From: Klebsormidium nitens
Lineage: Eukaryota > Plantae > Klebsormidiophyceae
Length of the DNA: 64,000 nt
NCBI GenBank assembly: GCA_000708835.1
Contig: DF237335.1
Location: 1-64,000, forward strand
Direction of reading: 5' to 3'
The notes beneath the pieces were generated by a model. The model was not told the DNA's origin and did no database searches. It saw only the letters and a program-made list of their open reading frames with translations. The position numbers were made by a program, and so were the translations under genes. Of the stretch, positions 1 through 10,500 are shown in pieces. Numbering within the stretch: position 1 is the first letter of the stretch; each line of letters begins with the position of its first letter.

Positions 1-444
1 ACGTTTCACTGCCAATGGAGCTCGTGAACCAGCTCTCCGGCCTTGCTGGCCCAGACTCCTTGATTGTTTGACTCCTGGAACTTGGAAACTCAAACGGCGG
101 CTGCTAGAAGCTAACAAACCTGAGTGGAAATCCTGAAACAGCTTGTCAAATTCTGTACAGATTCAATTGAACACAATCCTTTGGGCCCAATAGACTAGGT
201 CCTGATGTATGATGCCCAGAAACTTAGCCAGCTGGACGCAATGAAGGCCAAGGCACCCAAGCTCTGAGCTGCTATGGCGCCTTCTACAGTAGAACTTACG
301 GAGCGCCCCTTCAGAAACTGTCGTCCATTGCTACTGTGATGCACTTTGACGAGGTCTCCTTGCAAGAGTGGTGGCAAAAGGAGCGTGAAAAGGAGCTACT
401 AGGAGCTGAGGTCAAAAAGTGAGGGCGATAGACTTCGGACGAGA

Positions 445-524
445 GTCATGCTCGGGTTTGAACCTGCGACCCCTCCCGATTCCGCTGACCGGTTAGACCT
501 ACGCCTTATCCCCTCGACCATGCC
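445..524 (-). pseudogene. tRNA(Ser/Leu)-like fragment, possibly a SINE head
   Basis: Minus strand reads GGCATGGTCGAGGGGATAAGGCG...GTCGCAGGTTCAAACCCGAGCATGAC. It has an A-box-like TGGTCGAGGGG..TAAGGCG (cf. tRNA-Leu/Ser TGGCCGAGTGGTCTAAGGCG) and a B-box GGTTCAAACCC. Acceptor and T stems are degenerate, so it is not a functional tRNA. Confidence 0.35.
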
Positions 525-1191
525 AAAATCTGGGGGTTCGCCCGGTTTCCACGGAATGCACCCGAAAGCGGTATATAAACCCCAACGTGCTCTTTAATCC
601 GGCCAGCCACTTAAGTTGGGGAACTCGTGCCAGTATTAGTACGTGGCTTACAGTCGCGGGCCTGAAAGCAGATTCTGTGCACAAAGTCAATACTGTTGTC
701 TACTTTCGATCCTCGTAACCTCTACTTTCAACCGTGAGTAAACGAGGTATATACAACACGTTTCTCGATACTGGCAACTCTTGCTTTCACTAAGTGGTGC
801 TTTCACTAAGATACAGGAGCCCCGGGCACCTCAACTAAAAACCCTAACCTAAATAACGACCCGCAACCATACCCACCCTAACCCCCAAACCAACCCCACC
901 CGTCCCCCGGGTGCCTGTCTTAGTGAAAGCACCCCTATAATAGTGAAAGCAAGAGTTGCCAGAGTCGTTTCTTGGATCCCCGGTCATACATTCGGCCTGA
1001 TCGAAGGCTGCGATTTCGCGACTGCATCGTATTGTGCATCCAATGCAAGTCGTCCGATGGTCAGGGTTATCTGCACGTGCCTCGTTTGGTCCAAATGAAA
1101 TCATGTGACTGCATTAACTTTTTCATCACGTGTGCAGAGCCCCAGGGCCCATAGATGATAGGTTATGGTAAACGCCGGCTAATATTCCTTC

Positions 1192-1503
1192 ATCGACGGT
1201 CAAGAAAGGCTCTCAGCAAACCAAGGGCCTTTCTGCATCGTCGATGTTAACGAGCTTTCCCCTTTATCCGCGAAACTTATTTATAGCCAATGATGACCTC
1301 TTCGAAAACGACAAGATTGAATCGGGCAAGTGACAACTTGACCCTGAAGATGGAACTGTGATTTACAAGTTGTTGGCCGCATATCCGGACATGTCGGAGA
1401 TATTGCGGCAACTTGCCGGAGTTGCATATACGCCAAGAACTCTATTAATGTTATATCGCCAATTCCAGGTCGTTTCCGAAGGCATCGGGGCGCCGGCCTT
1501 CGG
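1192..1503. other. Cluster of five short inverted repeats (hairpins)
   Basis: catcgacg/cgtcgatg plus agaaaggc/gcctttct (1192-1247); acaacttg/caagttgt (1333-1373); bulged stem 1377-1408; gcaact/agttgc (1408-1425); ccgaaggc/gccttcgg (1476-1503). Confidence 0.6.
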
Positions 1504-2823
1504 GCATTTTGAGGCCTTGGTGTTCCGACTGTTGCCAGATTGAAGTGCACGATCGGGCCACCCTCCAACCGGCTGCTATTCCCTGATCCGATGGAAAAGC
1601 GGCCAACCGACACTCTGCATATCCCGCTTTTATCGCTCCGTCTGGCGGGCACCGCTCGCTGCCAATCTCTTATACGCTGCCGAATTGGCGCAAAACTTCG
1701 CGCGAAAATCCGCGGCCGACAAATGCAACTCGAGATTCTGTGTCAGTGTCGGTTGTGACTTGTCCGACTCCAACTCCAGAGTCTGATGACATTGATCAGA
1801 TCACTCAGGAATCTGGACTGAGTAGGTAGGTACTACCGTAGTCAGGACTGCTTTGTGATGAAAGAATGTGGGTGTTTGCCATACCGTGGCAAAGTCAGGA
1901 CTCAAATTTGTGAACTGGTACCCTACTGGTAGATCCCCTTTACGGATGTCGCTATCCCTCAAGAAACTTGCTAAAATGAGCTTCATTTCAAGGAGACGAC
2001 TTGTATTGCAGAACGTAGAAGTCCAGCGGCCAAGTGTTCTCATCCTTCATCTGAGCAGCCCTTAGATCTGTGGTGGCAGTATAAAGCTCCAGCATTTCTT
2101 GGCCAGGGAAACAAAGTGGCGACTTTTACTTCACGGGGATCCAATCACTTCAGTTGGCATTGTCCAAGGCAGAAGATCTGAAGACCAGCTCCTTGCATTG
2201 GACATTCTCTAAGTCCCTTGACAAAGCGCTGTCAAGCGCAAGTCAGGCAGCTTCATCTTTCGCGCTCTATTTGGCCTGTAGAAGTGGCAAAGGAAGATCA
2301 AACTCGAGGTAAGCTCAAGTGGTGCTACATTCAGAGAATGCAGGCGCACTGGATCTGTGAGCAGTAATGTACCAGAGAATGTGTGCTTGACTTAACATAT
2401 ATTTTTTGTTTCTCATGTTTTCAAGGACCTACTCCATTGCTCAAATCTTGCACCTGTCTTTCTGAGCACCTTGATGTAGGATTCTGGTTGATAAATGTAC
2501 CTACATAAGGGACATGTATGTGGTATTCGAGTAAGCACAGCTTAATGGTGACCTTTTTTAAGATCTCATTACTTATCTGATTGAGCGTCGGTACAACTTC
2601 TGATCCGCTTTGATCACTACGCAAGTACAGTATGTCCATATTCTGACATGTCAACGGGAAGTGCTGGGTCACCATCTTACATTGACTATGATAGAGTTAG
2701 ATATAAATTCTATCAGGCAAATACTTTGTCTTTATGCAAGGATAGCACTGGTGTTGAGACTGCTGTGGCATCTAACCTTAAATGTATTTCCTTTACAGAT
2801 ACATCGCCACTATTTTTTCATAC

Positions 2824-5483
2824 ATGGCGCCATCAGTCAGGTAAGAAGCGCTAACCACAGAATCCTACTTGTATGTGTGCACTGCCACCAATCATGTACA
2901 CAAGCAGTTGGTTTGGAATCCAAGCGTAGGCGTAACTGGAATGTGACATGGTCAATCTGATCTTTTCTTTCGAAAAGTAAAAGCATTCTTATGTTTGGCT
3001 CCTGTTATCTGCAGGATGAAGGTCGGATCCATGCTGCTGACCATTGTCAGCATTCAGACACTAACATGTTCTGCCAGGCCTCTCCTCCTAGAATCAGGTA
3101 TGAGAAACATGGCCTTTTCTTTGGTGGCCTTTTCTGATTCCCATTGCCAGGCATCAGGCAGCTTCCGCCATTCTTGCAGTGACTGGCGGCCATCGTAGTC
3201 AATTCTGTTGTTCAAGTGACCGGCTCATTGCTGATGCAATCGCACCGTCCAGTACTTGCGAAGCAGGATAGAAGCTAAAGATTCACCCGCTCTAACGCGA
3301 ATGACAGACTGGTGTCAGCGGCGGACTCGATTCCCTGTTCAAACTTTCTGAGATTTATTTTGCTCACCTTCTTTTTGTTCCTGCAGTGTCTTCAAATCGA
3401 GAGCTGCTTCAGTCACAAGCATGCCCCGCTCCAATGACACAGTGTTATACCACACCGTACCAGCCCCAGTATTACTGCTGTGACTCGTCTCAGAACTTGG
3501 ACTGCTCAGGCGGAGCTGACTTCCAATGCAGGTAAGGTCTGATCCGATGCAACGCTATCCGTCAAGAGTAAGAAGAACTAATGAGACAAAGGCAAGAATC
3601 CACATGAAGAATGAAAGATGTTACTGCTCTATGCATCTCAATAATCATATTGGTAGTTCCCAACAGCTTTTTCCGCTAGTGAATATACCCAGAGAATCTC
3701 CTATTTGTTTTTGTTCGACCCCCAATGGCACAAGTTGAGCAAGCCACCACTGCTGCTGACATCAGCTAGGCAACTCCTCCTGCAGGAAGTTCCTAGAAGG
3801 AGACGCCCTGGTCCCTGCATCACTTATCCCAGACCTTGGTCTTGGCCCCAAGACTCCTGAGCCTACCTCAGCTCCCGCTGTTACCCCAGCCCCTACTACC
3901 GCAGCCAAGAGCTCTTCTGCCTCAGACACTATCGCACAAACTACCGCCCCAACCAACCCCCCCCAGAATCCTGCACCCACCAACCCTCCCCAGAATCCTT
4001 CACCTACCAACCCCCCGCAAAATCCTTCACCTACCAACCCCCCCCAGAATCCTTCACCTACCAACCCTCCCCAGACCCCAGCCCCAACCAATCCGCCTCA
4101 GATCGTCACTGCCGTAAGTGCTCCAGGGGGCTGGACCACTGGAATCGCCACTTTCTTTGGAGGCCCTGGAGCTTTCACTGGTGAGTAGAAACCTCAGCTG
4201 TGCAACACCGAGATGCATCCTGAGGACTGTCAAGTCGTGGGATTTGCAGCCTGAGCTCAAAGCACCGGCGAGAAGGAGCGAGAAGGAAACCACTTAACTT
4301 GAAAATGACGTCCTCTGCAAGCTCATACCCGTCTCTCAACGTTGACTTTGCCTGCTTGGAATTCTTCTTGTTCACCTACAATCGAGAACGCTCCTGTTAT
4401 ACAAATCCGCTCTTCAGTCTTGCTTTTCAGTCAGCTTGAGATTTTTTCCCTTCAATCTTCATCAGCTGATGTGATTTATTTGTGCTTTAGGTGGGAACTG
4501 CGGGTACGGGCCCATCGTCCCAGCAAACGACTATGTCGTGGCCCTCCCGAACCACCTGTACTACAGCAATGCTGGATGCGGTAGCTGCTACGAAGTCAAG
4601 TGCGTCGCCCCGAGCACACTTCCATTCATCATCGGCGGAGTGGAGGGCGGCAACGCCTGCAAGACGGACAAGTCGATCATCGTCTACGCCTCAGACAGGT
4701 GCCCCGTAAGTACTTTCGTCCAGCCCGGAGGGCTCTATTCCGAAGTTTTGCTCAGTGCGATTACAAAACTTGTGCAAGCTGTGCTAAATGGGTCTCGAAG
4801 CCGCTTCTTTTGGCTATGTCCTTGTTGCAAAAGCCGAAGCCTCTTTTGCTATATGCGAATCGTGGCTGCTTCTCGTTAAAGCATCCGGTTTGGCAAAGAG
4901 AAATTGAAAAGGCCGACGACCAGGTGACCTACAAAAACCGATCGTCCTTGAAAAAATCTTTCAAAAAGCTAACGTGTTTTTTGGCCCTATGCAGGAGTGT
5001 GATGATTACCGTGGCGATTGCACCCTAAAAGGATTCTGTCCGGCGGCTGGTGGCTACAACTCCGACCCTAGCCATGGCACCCACATTGACATTGGACAGC
5101 CTGCTTGGAACCTCATCGGCAAAGTGAACGCTGGGATCATCACGGTTGCCTTCAGACAGTGAGTTACTCTCCCTTCCTGCTTCACTCATCCGGTTTCACT
5201 TCCATCTACTTTACGGTGCTGCTTTCTAACGCGTCGTAGCTGACAAAGCGTCAAGCTTTCATTCCCGAAAATGCATGCGGTTCCATCCACGCTCTCGAAC
5301 TGTCGTTTTAAACTCCTCGGGGTTTGAATTCTCAGTTGAAGCTTCGAAGCCCTTGTTCGTAATTGGTACACAGCCGTCTTTGAAAGCTCCACATTTCGCA
5401 CTGAGCAACACCACCTGACCAAAGGCTTTCATGCTTGCAGGGTCACATGCCCTCCATTCGGCCAGCTTGGGTTACAAAACTGA
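2824..5483 (+). CDS. Secreted expansin-like protein (DPBB/domain 1 only) with N-terminal 6-Cys module and Pro/Thr-rich linker, ~353 aa
   Basis: Exons 2824-2840, 3015-3097, 3387-3531, 3786-4180, 4491-4705, 4995-5158, 5441-5483; all GT-AG with consistent phases (1062 nt). Signal-peptide-like MAPSVRMKVGSMLLTIVSIQTLTCSA. Expansin motifs WTTGIATFFGG, GGNCGYG, CGSCYEVKC, SDRCP, HIDI and RQVTC, then stop after PPFGQLGLQN. The start could instead be ATG 3016. Confidence 0.85.
3949..4101 (+). repeat. 27-bp coding tandem repeat, about 6 units of PTNPPQ(N/T)P(S/A)
   Basis: Read directly in the expansin exon-4 frame: PTNPPQNPAPTNPPQNPSPTNPPQNPSPTNPPQNPSPTNPPQTPAPTNPPQ. Confidence 0.95.
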
Positions 5484-6239
5484 AGAAAGCCCGAACCACA
5501 TCGGTTCACCTAGAGACATCCGTGGGGGATGCATTGGAAAGCCGCTTCCCTCTGCCGGACTTCGTTCTGGCGGCGCGCATTCACAACGGTACTTCAGACG
5601 GGCGCTATTTATTGGGGCTTCCGTGGCAGCCTTGATGGAGGGAGTCATTTATCAGTAGCTTCTATCGGGAATCTGCTGTACCATAGGTATTCTGATTCTT
5701 TGTACAATAGTACAACAAGGGGACGTACAGTTCAGCATCTGCTGATCTGACCGAGCAATCCACGTACATTCATACCAAGCCTCTAGGAGTTGAGGCAGTT
5801 CCCTTGTGATCATTTTCATAGAAGTGAGGGCAATAGCTTAGTTGCCAAAGTTTTCTAGCCGAGGGGATGATTCAATGAACATCGGAAGAGGGGCCAACAA
5901 TTTGGCACCAAAAAGTCACGGAACATTCTGCTTCCATCACCAAAAAGGACTTCTCCACAGCACGTGTTCCTGCGTTATCTACCTACACTTGCTGTCACAT
6001 TTTGTGCCTGCATAGCTCCGTTTTTACGATGCACAACGTGAAGGTAACCCAACATATGCACAGACGGTGATGGCGGTGTACCCCAGATTCTCTTTGTCAT
6101 TGTTAAGCAACAATAAATTTGAGCTAGATGCATGAATTAGCTACCGTCTGGACTGATCTATTCCATGTTGAACTAACACTTGCATTGCATGACCAATCTC
6201 AGTGGTACAAGATGCACACGTTCAAATGTTGAGTCACCA

Positions 6240-7177
6240 TGATCGATCACGCTGAAGTGATGCATGTGCATGCCAGATCGGACCCTCAGGCTGACGGTCA
6301 TTCATGCCAAACCTACATGCATACCGGAGGCGGCGTCTGCATTCCAGAGGCAGGCGGCCGCCCCGGGCCCATGCCAAACTTGGGCTCTGAGTTAATGATT
6401 GCATGATACGTCGATCCTAGCTATATAGCTCATCGTACCGTACTCAGATTAAGTTCCACCCAGTCGAGGCCTGGCCCGTGGCCATATTGAATCATTCATG
6501 ACAGAGTGTATTGCACGTAAGAGTGCACTTTGTAACTCAATGGGCGGCCCATGAAAGTTCATTTGTATACTGCAGTATAGTCGGCCGGCCGAGTTGCACT
6601 GATCCGGCCACTGAGGTACGTGCTAAGATATGAACACCTGGTCCTCCGTTTGAATTATACGGCACAGTATGCATGCCACCGAGGAGTTATTTTTACTAAA
6701 CTGCAGCTAGCCGCCCCATGCAAATAGTATCATATATATATATCCGACAAGCAGCACACGAGCGCGGACTCTATGATAGCTCGAATTGTCGAATTTTAAG
6801 ACGAACAAGGCGCGGCATGCACCATCATTGTTCGATCTAGCTCTCCTGCCATAATGCATAATTTCGACGTTTTAGTGTCAAATTTTTAATCCGGAGATCA
6901 TATGAAAATTGAAAACTTGAAATTAAGTCCATTGAACGATATGTCTGACTGTATGAATTACTACAACCGGCCAGTGACGTTGATATCATGTTCCGGGTAC
7001 TCTCTTAGTTCCGGCCATATCTTGTCGGAAGCTTACTAACAAGCTAGCTCCCTCAGGGCTCAGCTGGGGGCTGATTGACCCTTTCGATTGTCGTCAATTG
7101 CGTACGTGCCACGGGACCTGCCCGAATGCCGGACCTGCCGGACCTGCCCGACCTGCCCGAATGCACGGTGCATTCGG
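6240..7177. other. Palindrome-dense intergenic block between the convergent expansin-like and DEK1 genes
   Basis: Perfect palindromes tgatcgatca (6240-6249), ggcggccgcc (6353-6362), agctatatagct (6419-6430), tatactgcagtata (6566-6579) and tcggccggccga (6581-6592). Also a 21-bp odd palindrome ccgaatgcac-g-gtgcattcgg (7157-7177) preceded by four gacctgcc direct repeats. Confidence 0.65.
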
Positions 7178-7517
7178 ACCTTTCAACCAGCAACTTAGGC
7201 TGCCGGGTGGCAGATTCCAGAATGCAACATGCATCAACGTTCCACCCACATCGTCTGAAGTTCTGTGCGTAAGCGTTGGCATGCGGCGCGGAATCCAATG
7301 TCCAACTAGGCGGGCAGCCATGTGGACCATATAATAGGTGGGCCCGGGCAAACTTGTCCTACAGTGGTTCGAATCCAATAAAGCTCGTTCTTGGACGGTT
7401 GATGGTACCGCCAACGGCTTGGCTGCCTTTTGAGATTCTTGCCCGAATACTATCTGCTCGATTTGGTGCGGGCTTAGTGATCCATACTTTCTAGCCTTAC
7501 CCTAACAAAACGGTATA

Positions 7518-10500
7518 CTACATCTGGAGGGGGGTTAACCTGATATTGTGTTTCGTAAAGACCGACAACGTGAACGTGCACTCCTCGCCCGCCCGATACG
7601 TCGTCGGGACGACCGTATAGCCTGGCGCGTAGTGCTCCAACACCATCTCGCAGGCGACCTCCCGCGTATTTACATAGTCGCTGCCCCCGACGGTCTCGAA
7701 CGCGTACAAGTCTTTGCTCGCGGGCATGCCCCCTTTCTTCAGCACGCGCATCCCGATAAAGTAGTGGTCCCGATCCGCGCTCGTCGTGTATTCGCTATAC
7801 GCCTCGCTCCGCGGGTTCTGCTTGTGCGGGCCTTGCGTCAGCGTCATGAACACGTGCATCGGGCCGGGGTCATCCGTTTTCAACAGGTACTGCGGGTTGT
7901 GGTGCCAGTTGGGGAAGTTGGAGCACCCCCCCGCGGTGCGGCCTTTCCACTCGCCCTTTACGATGTGGCGCATCTTGGGGTCATAAATGCGGCACACGTA
8001 GATGGAGTGGAAGTGCTCCTGGAAATCGGCCCACGCCATCCAAAAGATGCCGTCCTCCGGCTGCATCAGACAGAGAAACAAAATGAGTACAAACAACCGG
8101 GCGATAAGTTCTAGACTGAGTACATTTGGAGACTTGCGGTGAAGAGCTCGAGAGACTCAGGCCCTCTCGGTGCAGTTCAAAAGACCTCAATTTCATATTA
8201 CACAAGGTGTTTCTGGGGAATAGGAAGGCTTTTTACCCTTGAATGTTTTGGGGCTTCAGCACTTTCTGTAGCCCAAACTTTCGAAACCAACTAGTAGCTG
8301 CCAACACGTGGCTTCCGACCAGTAGCTGCGGAGATGCATCCTACTTTCTGGCAGGAAAAAACATGCGGAGTCGCTTAAAGGCTGACAGAAAACAGTATAA
8401 CAAATCCTGATTGATTACACTCGGGCTTAGATGAAGCTTGAAACAAAATGCAAGCTCAGCTGTGCAGCAAAAGACAGGTAGTCCGTATACACACCAAACG
8501 AACGGTACACAGAAAAAGGACGTCTGCACGAAAAGGGTCAAACGGACGCAGGAACAAACAAAGGCCGTCCCCTTCGCCTCTTGATCCGGCATGGACTGAA
8601 TCCGGTCTGTGCACCCGTCCGTTTGGGGAAAGAAAGGACGAATTAGACCCTCACTTTCGGGTCGTAGTTGAGCTTGTGCTTCATCCGTTCCGTCCACTCC
8701 TTGGACGTGTCCGACCAAGGCCCGTTCCACTCGCGCCCGCGGGCCCACGGGTTCCGGATCTGCAACAACTTGTGGCCGTCCGCGTCGCTCCCGTCGACAA
8801 CCTGCGTCAAAAACCGTTACCAAATCAGGTATGTGTTTGTTACCAAGTCAGGTATTTGTCATGAAAAAGTCTGTGATTCTTCTCTAAAACAGATGTGCGT
8901 AAGCAACGGGTTCGTTCCACTTGCACCCGCTCGCCACGGGGTCCGGATCTGTGGCAACTGGTGGCCGTAGGGCGAAGCTAAGACTCGCTAGAGAATTGAG
9001 AATGCGTGCCCCTGCACAATGCCCGTACCTTAGACAGAGACCGAATCTACTGGGAGCCCCTCGGAGCTGGAGGGGCTGCCTTGTTTTCAGGAATGTTGAT
9101 CGAGAAGAAAAGGCGTCACCCCAAGCTTCTGACAAATGCTTTCACGGAAACACCCGTAAAAGGAGAAAGCGAAACCGACAGATTAAAGCTGTTACTCACA
9201 TTAGAATCAAGTATGCATACCCCCGCATGATACCTGCGACGGAGACTAATTCTTCGGGGAGCCCCGCAGAGCCGGAGGGGCGGGTGTTGTCACTCTATTT
9301 TCCCAACAGCTTACGCAAAGCCACAGAAACACAAGAGAACCAAAAGCGCAATGCTAAGGACTCACTCTTAGAATCGAGTATGCGTGCCCCTGCACGATGC
9401 CCGCGACGGAGACCGATTCTTCCGGGAGCCCCTCGGAGCCGGAGGGGCTGCCCGCCCCCAGCAGGAAGTTGGCCTCCTTGAAGCGCACCAGCTGCCGCCA
9501 CAGCTTGCCGCTCGCCAGATCAATCTTGGACGACGGACTCGCCATGTCGATCTCCTCGCCCGCGCCGCCCGTTAAATCCACAAGCGCATCCTGCAGATTG
9601 TTTAATTGCGGAAATCGTTCGAGGGACTGGAAGCTTTAAGGAACTGGAAGCACTTTAAGGCTTCAAACATTCCGGTGACGCTTTTCCGCGCTGGTGCTAA
9701 GTGAGTGAGCGAAAAGAAAGGTCGATCTTGGACGGCGGACTTGCCATGTCGATCTCCTCGCCCGCGCCGCCGGTTAGATCCACAAGCGCATCCTGCAGAT
9801 TATTTGCATCGGAAACGAATGAGTGACTGAAACTAGGCCGTTAAAAGGGCTTTCTAAAATTGGTGCTAGACTGGCACGCAAGGAAAGGTCGATCTTGGAC
9901 GAGGGACTCGCCATGTCGATCTCCTTCCCTGCGCCACCCGTCAGATCGACCAGAGCGTCCTGCGAATTCACGCCTTTAGATAGGGAACGTCAGGCAATGA
10001 ACTAGTGAGAAGAATCTGTTTTTCTGAAGACGTTGTAAGGGTACTTCAAACCTTGCCCGTTCACGGAAGGTGTTGTAGTGTTGAATAGCATGCGCCAACC
10101 CCTGCACATGCTCAGGCTTTCGGAACCGAGAAGCGCCTGCCGACTTTGATACCATCTGAATGACCTGCTGATCGAGTCAATGACCCCATCATCCTTGTCT
10201 TGCAAATTTGATCAAGCAACGTCCTCTCCGAAACCGGTGGATCTCGCACGCATCTTAACCTCTTTTCACCCCCCGGAATGCTCACCTGAACCACGCCCCC
10301 CTCGAGCGCTTCGTAACACCCGTGCAGCTTCGCATACGCTTTCTCCAGTATCGACACCCATAGCTCCCCCGGCTTGTTGCTCGTCGCGAACGCGGGCTCG
10401 CCGCCGCCGTTCTTCTTCTTGCACGGCAAATAATCGTCCACGACGACGGGCTTCCAGGCGCCCTCGATGTTGAATCGGACGGTGTAGATGCCCTGCAGGA

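Noticed and set aside
830-852. CTAAAAACCCTAA as a telomerase RNA template or telomeric repeat
   Set aside because: A single imperfect unit with five As and no recognisable snRNA-type upstream element; at most a telo-box-like motif.
5431-5658. ORF with a hydrophobic C-terminus as a GPI or membrane tail of the expansin-like protein
   Set aside because: It needs phase 1, but the preceding intron is phase 2, which yields the conserved RQVTC motif and an early stop.
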